Source of the DNA: a bacterium
GTDB lineage: Bacteria; UBA8248
Assembly (NCBI GenBank): GCA_965213625.1
Contig: CBDBZU010000004.1
Location: 2,496,001-2,560,000, forward strand
Direction of reading: 5' to 3'
Length of the DNA: 64,000 bases
Both the position numbers and the translations under genes were made by a program. A model generated the notes under the pieces. The model saw only the letters and a list, made by a program, of their open reading frames with translations, was not told the DNA's origin and did no database searches. Each line of letters begins with the position of its first letter. Positions within the stretch are counted from its first letter, which is position 1. This document shows positions 20,356-29,837 of the stretch, piece by piece.

Positions 20356-21342
20356 ATGTGGGCTGATAAGAGAATACTGGGACTGCTGGAAATAGAGCAC
20401 CCCATCATACAGGCGCCCATGTCCGGCTCCACGAACCCGGAACTCGTGGCGGCGGTATGCAACGCGGGCGGCCTGGGGAGTTTCGGGGCCGCCGGAACGA
20501 AACCCGAGCGATTGCACGCCGTGGTGGAGGCGATTCGGGAGCGCACGGATTGCCCGTTCAACGTGAATATATTCTCCGCAGATACCGAGCGGTTCGACCG
20601 CAGCATCTCTCCCGGGCCCCGGCTGATGCGGCGGCTCGAAGAATACCATGCCGAAATGGGACTGGGAGAAATCCCGGAGCCGTCAGCGATGTTCGGCCCT
20701 GCGGAGGAGCAACTGGAGGTATTGCTTGAACATAAGGTTCCCATAATCAGTTTTCATTTCGGCGTCGAGCCGAGCGTCGTGGAGAAGAGCCGGCGTTCCG
20801 GCGCCAAGGTTTTGTGCACCGCGACGACCGTGGCCGAGGCCAGAGTGCTGGAGGAGGCCGGCGTCGATGCCGTAATCGCGCAAGGCTCTGAAGCGGGCGG
20901 CCACAGGGGAACTTTTGATGGCGATTACCGCCAGGCGCTTATCGGCGCCCTGGCGCTGGGGGCATCGGCCGTTCAAATGGGCACGGCGTTTCTGGCTTGC
21001 CCGGAAGCCCCGGTAGCCGGGGCGTGGCGCGAGGCGCTGCTTCGCGCGGAAGCGGACGCCACCGTGGTGACGGAGGCCATGTCGGGCAAGCCGGCCCGCG
21101 GGATTCCCAATCGCTACGTTAGGAAGATAGAAGCGCTGGATGAGACGCTGCCGCCGTATTCCGCGCAGTACTCCCTCTCCCGAGAACTGCGCAAGGCGGC
21201 CTCCGAGCGGGACAATCCTGAATTCATGGCGATGTGGTCGGGCCAGGGGGTAGGGCTCATCCGGCGACAGCCCGCCCCTGAGCTGGTCGCTACGCTGGTG
21301 AGAGAGTCTCGGCGAATCATGGAGCGATTCACCGGGCAATAG
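20356..21342 (+). CDS. Nitronate monooxygenase family protein with an apparent internal in-frame deletion
   Basis: PIIQAPM; AGGLGS; AQGSEAGGHRG; GASAVQMGTAFL; MWSGQG; the usual VPVIAAGGI.DGRG segment is absent. Confidence 0.85.
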   Translation: MWADKRILGLLEIEHPIIQAPMSGSTNPELVAAVCNAGGLGSFGAAGTKPERLHAVVEAIRERTDCPFNVNIFSADTERFDRSISPGPRLMRRLEEYHAEMGLGEIPEPSAMFGPAEEQLEVLLEHKVPIISFHFGVEPSVVEKSRRSGAKVLCTATTVAEARVLEEAGVDAVIAQGSEAGGHRGTFDGDYRQALIGALALGASAVQMGTAFLACPEAPVAGAWREALLRAEADATVVTEAMSGKPARGIPNRYVRKIEALDETLPPYSAQYSLSRELRKAASERDNPEFMAMWSGQGVGLIRRQPAPELVATLVRESRRIMERFTGQ

Positions 21343-21664
21343 CGCGACTCGCCGGTAAATGTATTTTCCCCCGGAAAATTTTCTTCGGGCATACCCGCAA
21401 TTCCCCGCATTTGCGGCTCTCGGGCAGGGCGGGCCTACCTGTAAGGTGGCGAAGCGTCCCGGCCTCTTCACGGAGAGGGGCAGGTGAATTACCGGCGGCG
21501 CCATGAAGAGGAAGAGACGATGGCGAAAGATGTATCGGGCGAGCAATCCATGCAGGCTAATTCGTGGCGGCGGGAGAATATCTCGCGTTATCCGTGTGTC
21601 CGCGGCTCTGCACGGACGAAGTCGGACGGCGGAAACGAGCGCGCGTGCGCGGATACGGAATTAA

Positions 21665-21713
21665 TGAACAATTCGATAAAAATAGATAAATTCACGGGGT
21701 TATTCGATAAATT
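21665..21713 (+). repeat. 49-bp element, left copy of a long-range inverted repeat
   Basis: TGAACAATTCGATAAAAATAGATAAATTCACGGGGTTATTCGATAAATT; 46/49 identical to the reverse complement of 34244-34292. Confidence 0.9.
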
Positions 21714-21997
21714 CCTGAAAATAAATCGCCGGAAGAAATCTTGTAACCGATTTAATTTCAATGATATCAATGAGTATATGAGCGCGTGCCGCGCAGATAA
21801 AGGCGCAATAATTTTTTTCACGCACAGCATTTGCCCGCAATTTCGATGAGTTAAGCGCGCCTCGGCGCATTTTCCCGCAATTCCCCGCAAATCCTCACCC
21901 TCCCGCCATGTTGACATTTGGGCGCAGTGGCGTCATCTTCAGAATAGCGGGGCATGGCTCCGCAGGGGGGAAATCAACACATCCGGCGGGAGGCAAA

Positions 21998-22648
21998 ATG
22001 AAGATATTCATCGATACGGCGAACGTGGAGGAAATCATCGAAGCGGCGTCTACGGGCATCCTGGACGGCGTGACGACGAACCCTTCGCTCATCGCGAAGG
22101 AGGGCGCCGACCACCACACGCGAATCAAGGAGATATGCGAGGTGGTCGACGGGCCGGTGAGCGCCGAGGTTATCGCCACGGAGTGGAAGGAGATGGTGGA
22201 GGAGGGCCGCGAACTGGCCGCCATACACGAAAACGTGGTGGTGAAGGTTCCGGTGGGCGTCGATGGCCTGCGCGCCGTCAAGGCCATGCGCGAGGAGAAC
22301 ATCAACACGAACGTCACCCTCATCTTCAGCCCCGCACAGGCGATGCTGGCCGCCAAGGCGGGGGCATCGTTCGTGAGCCCCTTCGTGGGCCGGCTGGACG
22401 ACATCTCCAGCCCGGGCATGGATATGGTGGCCGACATCGTGCAGATTTTCGAGAATTACGATTACGCCACCGAAGTGCTGGTGGCGAGCGTGCGTACGCC
22501 CATCCACCTGCTCGATGCCGCGAAAATGGGGGCGGATGTCGCGACGGTGCCCTTCGGGGTAATCGCGCAACTGCTCAAGCATCCATTGACGGATATCGGG
22601 TTGGAGAAATTTTTGGCGGATTGGCGCCGCGCCAATGAAATGCGCTGA
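21998..22648 (+). CDS. tal: Transaldolase / fructose-6-phosphate aldolase family
   Basis: MKIFIDTAN; GVTTNPSL; NVVVKVP; TNVTLIFS; [10 protein letters not shown]; HPLTDIG. Confidence 0.92.
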   Translation: MKIFIDTANVEEIIEAASTGILDGVTTNPSLIAKEGADHHTRIKEICEVVDGPVSAEVIATEWKEMVEEGRELAAIHENVVVKVPVGVDGLRAVKAMREENINTNVTLIFSPAQAMLAAKAGASFVSPFVGRLDDISSPGMDMVADIVQIFENYDYATEVLVASVRTPIHLLDAAKMGADVATVPFGVIAQLLKHPLTDIGLEKFLADWRRANEMR

Positions 22649-22671
22649 CACTCCGGGAGGTTAGAATAGCC

Positions 22672-22908
22672 ATGCCGATGTATGAATTTATTTGCGGAAG
22701 CTGTGAAAAAGATTTCGAGACCATCGTTTCCTCCTCAGATGCCGTCGATGGGGTTGAATGCCCTGAATGCGGCTCGAAGAAGGTTCACAAGAAACTCTCC
22801 CTGTTCGCCAAGTCCACTACCGGTGCTGCGGCGTCGGCGTCGGCCTCGACCTATAGTGGATACTCGGCTGGCGGGGGTGGCTGCGGAGGCATGTGTTCGT
22901 GCCACTGA
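22672..22908 (+). CDS. FmdB-family zinc ribbon protein
   Basis: MPMYEFICGSC...FE...CPECGS. Confidence 0.88.
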   Translation: MPMYEFICGSCEKDFETIVSSSDAVDGVECPECGSKKVHKKLSLFAKSTTGAAASASASTYSGYSAGGGGCGGMCSCH

Positions 22909-22989
22909 TCCCTCCAATCTGAGTTTTACTCTCTCGCCGCCTGATTCGCGCTCTATCCTTTCAGTTAATTATCTAGGGGAGGGAACATC

Positions 22990-24240
22990 ATGTCCCAAGA
23001 CGAGCGAGTCAGCGTATTCGAGACCGCAGCCGCCCAATTCGACCGGGCGGCGGAACTCATCGGTTTAGACGATGAAATGCAGTTTCTTCTCAAGACTCCC
23101 TTTCGTGAGGTGAAAGTAGAGCTCCCCATCCGCAGGGACGACGGCTCCCTGGGCGTTTGGCAAGGCTACCGCGTCCAGTTCAATGGCTCCCGGGGGCCTT
23201 TCAAGGGCGGAATCCGCTACCACCATGAAGTGGATATGGACGAAGTGCGTGGTCTCTCGGCCCTGATGGCCTGGAAGACGGCTTTGGTCAACATTCCATT
23301 TGGAGGTGGGAAAGGCGGCATTACCGTTAACGTGAAGGACCTCAGCGTCTATGAGTTGGAGCGGCTGACCAGGAAATTTATCGCGCGGATCGGCCATATT
23401 CTGGGGCCATACCGCGATGTTCCCGCCCCGGACGTGAACACGAACGCGCAAGTGATGGCGTGGATTTTTGATGAATACAGCAGTCGGCACGGATATGCAC
23501 CGGCTTGCGTTACCGGAAAGCCTTTGGCCATGGGCGGCTCTCCGGGGAGGGAGGCTGCTACGGGGCGTGGCGCCGTCATGGTGTTTGAGGAGATTGCAAA
23601 AAGAGAAAGCTGGGAACCTGCAGCCATGACGGCGGCGATACAAGGTTTCGGAAACGTCGGCTCTTTCGCCGCCAGATTCATAAAGGAAATGGGTGTGAAG
23701 GTGGTGGCGATTTCGGGCAGCAGAGGCGCCTATTTTAATGGCGACGGCATTGACATCGAAGCGGCCGCTGCACACCGGATGGAAGCAGGTACGCTCGAGG
23801 GTCTTGGGGGAGTCGAAGAAATCACAAATGAAGAGCTTTTGGCGCTCGATGTTGACATCTTGATTCCGGCTGCTCTCGGCGGTGCTATCCATGCCGGTAA
23901 TGCCGCAAACGTGAAAGCCCGGGTAATTCTCGAAGCGGCCAATGCTCCCGTAACCGAAGAGGGAGAGAACATTCTGGCCGGTGATGGTAACGCCTTGCTG
24001 ATCCCTGACGTTTTAGCGAGTTCCGGCGGCGTAACGGTCTCGTATTTTGAATGGGTTCAGAACATCCAGCAATTTGGCTGGGATGAAGAGCGGGTGAACG
24101 GCGAGTTGGGCAAAATCATGACGCGCGCTACCTCAGAGGTGTACGAACTGGCCAATGAAAAACAAGTGTCTTTACGCACGGCGGCCTTTATTGTTGCAAT
24201 TGAAAGAACCGCTGAGGCCGAGCGCCTTCGCGGTTTATAG
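22990..24240 (+). CDS. gdh: Glu/Leu/Phe/Val dehydrogenase (glutamate dehydrogenase)
   Basis: RGPFKGGIRY; GGGKGG; DVPAPDVNT; IQGFGNVG; GGVTVSYFEWVQN. Confidence 0.93.
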   Translation: MSQDERVSVFETAAAQFDRAAELIGLDDEMQFLLKTPFREVKVELPIRRDDGSLGVWQGYRVQFNGSRGPFKGGIRYHHEVDMDEVRGLSALMAWKTALVNIPFGGGKGGITVNVKDLSVYELERLTRKFIARIGHILGPYRDVPAPDVNTNAQVMAWIFDEYSSRHGYAPACVTGKPLAMGGSPGREAATGRGAVMVFEEIAKRESWEPAAMTAAIQGFGNVGSFAARFIKEMGVKVVAISGSRGAYFNGDGIDIEAAAAHRMEAGTLEGLGGVEEITNEELLALDVDILIPAALGGAIHAGNAANVKARVILEAANAPVTEEGENILAGDGNALLIPDVLASSGGVTVSYFEWVQNIQQFGWDEERVNGELGKIMTRATSEVYELANEKQVSLRTAAFIVAIERTAEAERLRGL

Positions 24241-24265
24241 AACCGGCACATCGGTGGAGTGTTCG

Positions 24266-25180
24266 TTGCCTGGATTCGTAATAGACGCTCAAGGCATCAA
24301 GAAATCCTTCGGAACCCTCAAGGCTGTCGATGGTGTCTCGCTTCAGGTGAAAACCGGTGAATGTTTCGGAATTCTGGGTCCGAACGGAGCCGGGAAGACC
24401 ACGACAATCAAAATGCTTCATGGGGCAGTTGAGCCTGATGCGGGTACTTTGAGGGTTTTAAGTAGAGATGTGGCAACCCAAAGTCGGTTCATTCGCGAGC
24501 AGATGGGTATCGTGTCGCAAGAGGATACCTTGGATCGCGATTTGACGGTGTATGAAAACCTTTGGGTATATGCCGGATTTTTCGGCATCGCCAAAAAGGT
24601 GTCATTATCCCGCATCGAGTACTTGCTCGATTTCATGCAGCTTCGTGAAAAATGGGATTCACAAATCAAGACCCTATCCGGCGGGATGAAACGGCGCCTT
24701 CACATCGCTCGCGCCCTCATCCATGAACCGAAATTCCTGATACTGGATGAACCCACTACTGGCCTGGATCCGCAGGCGAGGCACCTTGTCTGGCAGAGGC
24801 TCCGAGAACTCAAAGCGCAGGGTCTGACCATCCTCCTCACAACGCATTATATGGAAGAAGCGGCCCAGATTTGCGATCGCATCGGTATCATGGACGGGGG
24901 AAGATTTCTTCTCGAAGGCGCACCGCAAACTCTGGTTCAGGAAAAAGTGGGCGATGAAGTATATGAACTGAGAGGCGGTGACTCTGAAGAATTGCTCAAC
25001 TCGTTGCAAGGCTTATCCGTTAATGCCGAAGTCGTTGCCGATATATTGTACTTGTATAGCCACAACGGAATGGGTGTGATGGAACATTTGATATCTTGCG
25101 GCCGAAAGGATTTTTTAAGAAGACCTGCCACCTTGGAGGATTTATTTCTAAAACTGACTGGCCGGGAACTTCGGGATTAA
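24266..25180 (+). CDS. ABC-2 exporter ATP-binding subunit (NodI/DrrA-like)
   Basis: GPNGAGKT; LSGGMKRR; [13 protein letters not shown]; TTHYMEEA; TLEDLFLKLTGRELRD; TTG start with GGAG RBS inferred. Confidence 0.9.
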   Translation: MPGFVIDAQGIKKSFGTLKAVDGVSLQVKTGECFGILGPNGAGKTTTIKMLHGAVEPDAGTLRVLSRDVATQSRFIREQMGIVSQEDTLDRDLTVYENLWVYAGFFGIAKKVSLSRIEYLLDFMQLREKWDSQIKTLSGGMKRRLHIARALIHEPKFLILDEPTTGLDPQARHLVWQRLRELKAQGLTILLTTHYMEEAAQICDRIGIMDGGRFLLEGAPQTLVQEKVGDEVYELRGGDSEELLNSLQGLSVNAEVVADILYLYSHNGMGVMEHLISCGRKDFLRRPATLEDLFLKLTGRELRD

Positions 25181-25953
25181 TGCTCTTTCCCCAGGCTCCC
25201 AGCCATCGCGCCTTTCGCGTATGGGTTCGCCATTTGGTGTATTATCGCTCTTTCTATTTGGCGGAATGGGCGGGTAATCTGGGTGAACACATTTTATGGT
25301 TGGTGGCGTTTGGATATGGACTTGGTCGGTTGGTGCCGAATTTGGACGGTATTTCCTATGCGCAATTCATTGGCCCAGGCTTGATGGTTTCCGTCGCAAT
25401 GTGGAATGCCACGTATGAATCCACGTACGGGGCATATTCGAGAATGAGAATTCAAAATATATATGAATCCATGCTGATGGCTCCGCTCACAGTGGGCGAT
25501 ATCGTGCTGGGCGATCTTCTTTGGTGCGCGAGCCGCGCCTTGATTGGTTCGACGTTGATGTTGGTAGTATTGAGCTTGTTCGGTCTGGTAGGCTCTTTGT
25601 GGGCAGTGGCGATTCTCCCAATTCTGTTCATCGAGGCGGTGATGTTTGCAGCCTTGGGACTCATTGCGACGTCATTGGCGCATAGTTTTTCGTTTTTCAA
25701 TTTTTATTTCTCCGCCATAGTAATGCCCATGTTTTTCTTCGCTGGCACCTTATTCCCGATCAAGGGTCTTCCGCTTTGGGTAGAACGATTATCCGAAGCT
25801 CTCCCGCTCACGCATGCGGTGCGTATCTCGCGCGGCTTGTTTATTTACGGGTACGTTGAGAACTTTATCTGGCATTTTTCGTTTTTGCTTGGTTTTACCT
25901 TGTTGTTCTTGAGTGTCGCCTGTGTTTTGGTGAGTAGACGAATGGTGGAATAG
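25180..25953 (+). CDS. ABC-2 exporter permease (NodJ/DrrB-like)
   Basis: About 6 TM segments; SYAQFIGPGL; PMFFFAGTLFP; LPLTHAV; TAATG overlap with the ATPase. Confidence 0.88.
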   Translation: MLFPQAPSHRAFRVWVRHLVYYRSFYLAEWAGNLGEHILWLVAFGYGLGRLVPNLDGISYAQFIGPGLMVSVAMWNATYESTYGAYSRMRIQNIYESMLMAPLTVGDIVLGDLLWCASRALIGSTLMLVVLSLFGLVGSLWAVAILPILFIEAVMFAALGLIATSLAHSFSFFNFYFSAIVMPMFFFAGTLFPIKGLPLWVERLSEALPLTHAVRISRGLFIYGYVENFIWHFSFLLGFTLLFLSVACVLVSRRMVE

Positions 25954-25954
25954 C

Positions 25955-26890
25955 ATGGGCTCTGTAACCAAAATCCTACATCCTCCTGAACCATTTTTAT
26001 TTCACGAAAGTTTGTTGCGTTTTCGTGTTTCCAAAGAGGAGTTTGTCAATTCCTACATTGACGGTGTGTATCGTCGGGTTGTGGAGGATGGGAAAGGTGA
26101 TTTGGTTTTGTTAGAAGCCGAAATGGGAAGCGAGGGTCGGAACTCGATTCGACTTCGAATGACCACGGAAGGGCGGATGACGAAATCGGCTCAAAATGCA
26201 GGTTTGGACGCGATAAAGCATATTTTGGCTTTTGATCTTGATCTGAGGCCATTTTACAGGATAGCGAAAAATGATGCGAATTTGGCTCCGACCACGAAAA
26301 AATTCAAGGGGCTCAAGCCAATACGTTTCTTGAGCGTGTTCGAAGCTCTTGTTACGGCGATTACCGCACAACAGGTGAATTTAACATTTGCCGGCACCAT
26401 ACGTGGCCGTATGGTGAAGCGATGGGGGAGAAAGTTGCAAATCGATGGGAAGACGCATTTCGCATTTCCGCGTCCGGAGCGTTTGGCCAGAGTTCGAGTA
26501 GCCACATTACGCAAGATGCAATTTTCGGAACGAAAAGCCGAATATGTGATTGAGGTGGCGCGCGCTGCTATGGAGGGCAACTTGGATGAGAGTGAACTGC
26601 GTATTCTCCCGATAGACGAAGCAGTAGCTCGCTTGATCGAGATACTGGGCGTGGGGCGCTGGACAGCCGAGCAAATGTTGTTCCGGGCGCTTGGCCGCGT
26701 CGAGGTATTTCCTGGAGGTGATTTGGGAGTGCAGAAAGTCGTGGCGCGTTATTGCTATGGAAAAGAGCGTGTGGACGAGAAGGCGGCACGCATGCAAGCT
26801 GATAGGTGGCATCCATGGGCTTCTCTAGCAACGACTTATTTATTCGCTGCATGGCGTGCGGGTGTCCCGCCCGCTGGTGAAGCAAACTGA
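25955..26890 (+). CDS. alkA: DNA-3-methyladenine glycosylase II (HhH-GPD)
   Basis: FEALVTAITAQQV; AFPRPE; LGVGRWTAE; FPGGDLG; WHPW. Confidence 0.88.
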   Translation: MGSVTKILHPPEPFLFHESLLRFRVSKEEFVNSYIDGVYRRVVEDGKGDLVLLEAEMGSEGRNSIRLRMTTEGRMTKSAQNAGLDAIKHILAFDLDLRPFYRIAKNDANLAPTTKKFKGLKPIRFLSVFEALVTAITAQQVNLTFAGTIRGRMVKRWGRKLQIDGKTHFAFPRPERLARVRVATLRKMQFSERKAEYVIEVARAAMEGNLDESELRILPIDEAVARLIEILGVGRWTAEQMLFRALGRVEVFPGGDLGVQKVVARYCYGKERVDEKAARMQADRWHPWASLATTYLFAAWRAGVPPAGEAN

Positions 26891-26913
26891 TATTTTATGA
26901 GCCAGATACGTTT

Positions 26914-28056
26914 ATGAACATCACACGAATTTCCATTGAGGAGCGGGAAACACTCCTGCTGGCCCCCTATGCCGCACACAGCGCCGATAGTCTTGGACGC
27001 GAGTACCCGGAACCTGAGCACGACATGAGGACAGCTTTTCAGCGTGATCGTGATCGAATCATTCATACGCAGGCGTTCAGGAGGCTTGAGTACAAAACTC
27101 AGGTTTTTGTGAATCATGAGGGGGATCATTACCGGACGCGCTTGACACACACTATAGAAGTAAGCCAAATCGCTCGCTCCATCGCTCGCGCGCTGGGCTT
27201 GAATGAAGAACTCGCCGAGGCTGTTGCCCTTGCGCATGATTTGGGCCACCCACCATTTGGGCATGCCGGTGAAAAGGTTTTAGATGAACTGATGAAAGAT
27301 CACGGTGGGTTTGAACATAATATACAAGCCCTGCGGATCGTCGAAGTTCTGGAAAAGCGCTATCCATCGTTTCCGGGTTTGAATCTGACATGGGAAACGC
27401 GCGAGGGGATAATTAAATATCTTCATCGATACGAAGGTCCTATGCCTCCCGGTCTGACGAATACGGTTTCTCCCAGCCTCGAGGCACAGGTGGTCGATGT
27501 CGCGGATGAGATTGCATATAACAATCATGATTTAGACGATGGACTCTCATCCCGGTTATTTGATTTGGAAGATGTGCAGGATACGCTCCTTTGGCGTGAA
27601 CATTACAGAAGCTCGAAAAAATCTTTTCCAGGTTCAACCTGGCGAGAGAGCAAGCACGATACCATACGCCGAATTATCAACTCACAAGTTCAAGATATCA
27701 TCACATCCACGTGCGAGCGCATTAAGACTCGGAAGATACGGGATATTACGGATGTTAGAGAGAATGGGCATGATGTCATTGTATTCGGTGAAAATATGAA
27801 CGAGAAGAACATAGAGCTCAAACGTTTCTTGATGGCAAGGATGTACAAGAACAAGCGCGTCATGAAATTAGAAGAAAGCGCTCGAAAGATATTGAGTGGA
27901 TTGTTCCAGTTATACATCGTTGATCCTAACAAAATTCCGGAACATGTACGTAAACTCGAGAGTGTGGATGGTCGACATCGAATGGTTTGTGATTATGTAG
28001 CAGGGATGACGGACCGCTACGCTCTCCAACAACATGAGCGAAGGTTGGGCTCATAA
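26914..28056 (+). CDS. dgt: Deoxyguanosinetriphosphate triphosphohydrolase (HD)
   Basis: FQRDRDRIIH; KTQVF; YRTRLTH; AHDLGHPPFGH; DYVAGMTD. Confidence 0.95.
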   Translation: MNITRISIEERETLLLAPYAAHSADSLGREYPEPEHDMRTAFQRDRDRIIHTQAFRRLEYKTQVFVNHEGDHYRTRLTHTIEVSQIARSIARALGLNEELAEAVALAHDLGHPPFGHAGEKVLDELMKDHGGFEHNIQALRIVEVLEKRYPSFPGLNLTWETREGIIKYLHRYEGPMPPGLTNTVSPSLEAQVVDVADEIAYNNHDLDDGLSSRLFDLEDVQDTLLWREHYRSSKKSFPGSTWRESKHDTIRRIINSQVQDIITSTCERIKTRKIRDITDVRENGHDVIVFGENMNEKNIELKRFLMARMYKNKRVMKLEESARKILSGLFQLYIVDPNKIPEHVRKLESVDGRHRMVCDYVAGMTDRYALQQHERRLGS

Positions 28057-28144
28057 AATTCACGGTCCATAGAAAACAAGAGTTTAACGAAGAAAGAAAT
28101 TTTGGGGTGAAGACTTTTGCATTGATTTACTTTGCGTGAGGATG

Positions 28145-29620
28145 TTATTTGATTTGAAGAGCAGCGAACAGGTTTGTTTCTTTTCTCTTCAAAAGGAGGA
28201 GTACGGAGCCCTCTAGGCGGGATTTGTCAACGATCGACTTAAATTCTTCTATTGTTTTTACAGGTTTGTGGTTAACCTCCTCGATTACATCACCTGGCCT
28301 GATTCCACCAAGCTCGGCAATACCGCCTCTGAGAATCGAGGAGATCACCAATTTATTCTCTCCATAGGTCAACCCGAAACGCTGGGCAAGATGTGGAGTA
28401 AGCGATTCCACCTTCATTCCCATGTCCGTATGGTTTGTCATCATTCTCGAATTGGGTGCTTCTGGCTGACTGCCTATACGAATATAGACGCTCTTGAGGC
28501 GCTTTTCTCGATAATATTTTACCAACACAAGGGAATTTGGTTTCGTGCGAGCTACTATGCGGGGAAGGCTCTGCCATGTGCTGACAGATTTGCCGTCAAA
28601 TTCAATGACCACATCTCCTCGATGCAAGCCGGCGCGATCGGCAGGGCCATCGCGAGTGACTTGCGTGAGCTTGGCGCCCTCGAAGCGGGCTAAGCCCAGA
28701 TTTTTCCCCTCTTGTCGGGGGACTGCGGATATGGCCGCACCTATGCGACCCCGGACTGGATAGCCTTTGTGGCGGAGGGAATCGATGACGGCTTTGGCCT
28801 GGTTGATTGGAATAGCGAAGCCGATGCCCAAACTCCAGGCGCGTGACCCACTGGAAAATATCACTGTATTGACGCCGATTACGTCGCCTTCCGAATTTGC
28901 GAGTGGACCACCAGAATTACCGGGGTTGATCGATGCGTCGGTTTGGAGATATTCATCATAAGGACCTTCTTTCAAGTCTCGACCCTTGGCGCTTATAATT
29001 CCCACAGATAGGGAATTCGCCAAACCAAATGGGCTGCCAATGGCTATAACCCATTGCCCGACATCAATAGTATCTGAATCTCCAAGAGACGCTTCTTGGA
29101 GTTTTTTAGTTGGTTTTATTTTTATTAAGGCAAGATCTGTTTTATCGTCTACACCGAGCAAACGGGCCGAGAATTCCTCCCCTTCATGGAGTTTGACCAT
29201 AATTTCTTGCGCGTTCTTGATAACGTGGTAGTTTGTTAAAATATGACCTTCTTGCGAGACAATGATTCCAGACCCCACGTTGTAATTACCGCTAAATGGC
29301 ACATTCCCCTGATCAAATTTTGGAGGATTGTCTTTTTGACGGCCTCTCCCGAAAAGGTTGAGTAAAGGATTGCCGTCGATGCCTTTAGGTTTTACACGGA
29401 TATGTACAACTGAAGGTTGTAACTTTTTGGCCGCATCGATTATGAGGCGACTACCAAATGGATGAGACGCTGCCGCCAACACTGGTGAGACGTAAAATAA
29501 GCAGAGCAATAAAAAGGAAACGTGGGTAGATACATGTAGACTGCGGCAGCGCATAGTTAAGTGTACCCTAATGTAGGGGTCTGAAATACGCATAAACGGC
29601 TGAAACACCGCACGTTGCAT
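28145..29620 (-). CDS. degP: DegP/DegQ (Do) serine endoprotease with two PDZ domains
   Basis: GSGII; TNYHV; DLAL; QTDASINPGNSGGPL; the true start may be downstream (e.g. 29554). Confidence 0.92.
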   Translation of the reverse strand: MQRAVFQPFMRISDPYIRVHLTMRCRSLHVSTHVSFLLLCLFYVSPVLAAASHPFGSRLIIDAAKKLQPSVVHIRVKPKGIDGNPLLNLFGRGRQKDNPPKFDQGNVPFSGNYNVGSGIIVSQEGHILTNYHVIKNAQEIMVKLHEGEEFSARLLGVDDKTDLALIKIKPTKKLQEASLGDSDTIDVGQWVIAIGSPFGLANSLSVGIISAKGRDLKEGPYDEYLQTDASINPGNSGGPLANSEGDVIGVNTVIFSSGSRAWSLGIGFAIPINQAKAVIDSLRHKGYPVRGRIGAAISAVPRQEGKNLGLARFEGAKLTQVTRDGPADRAGLHRGDVVIEFDGKSVSTWQSLPRIVARTKPNSLVLVKYYREKRLKSVYIRIGSQPEAPNSRMMTNHTDMGMKVESLTPHLAQRFGLTYGENKLVISSILRGGIAELGGIRPGDVIEEVNHKPVKTIEEFKSIVDKSRLEGSVLLLLKRKETNLFAALQIK

Positions 29621-29837
29621 ATGCTAGCATCGTGTATTACAGGGAGCAATCAATTTGACCAAGGTTAAACAAGTTTGATATAGCGTGTTCGCTCGATCAT
29701 CTGTGCAATTAGCAGGTTTATCTAGTGCAAATTTGATTGATGCTCGGGATTCGAAAAACAGCTATGAGATTTTCAAGCAGACTCACGCAGTTCCGGCATT
29801 TGCGCCATTCGCTTTCCTAGAGAGATTTCTTCCGGCT

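Noticed and set aside
21484-21849. 121-aa ORF spanning the left 49-bp repeat
   Set aside because: No recognisable domain; differences from the right copy are non-synonymous and the right copy is not in a long ORF, which points to DNA-level constraint
26914-28056. dGTPase as an anti-phage defence gene
   Set aside because: Short housekeeping-type Dgt in a core operon, with no defence context
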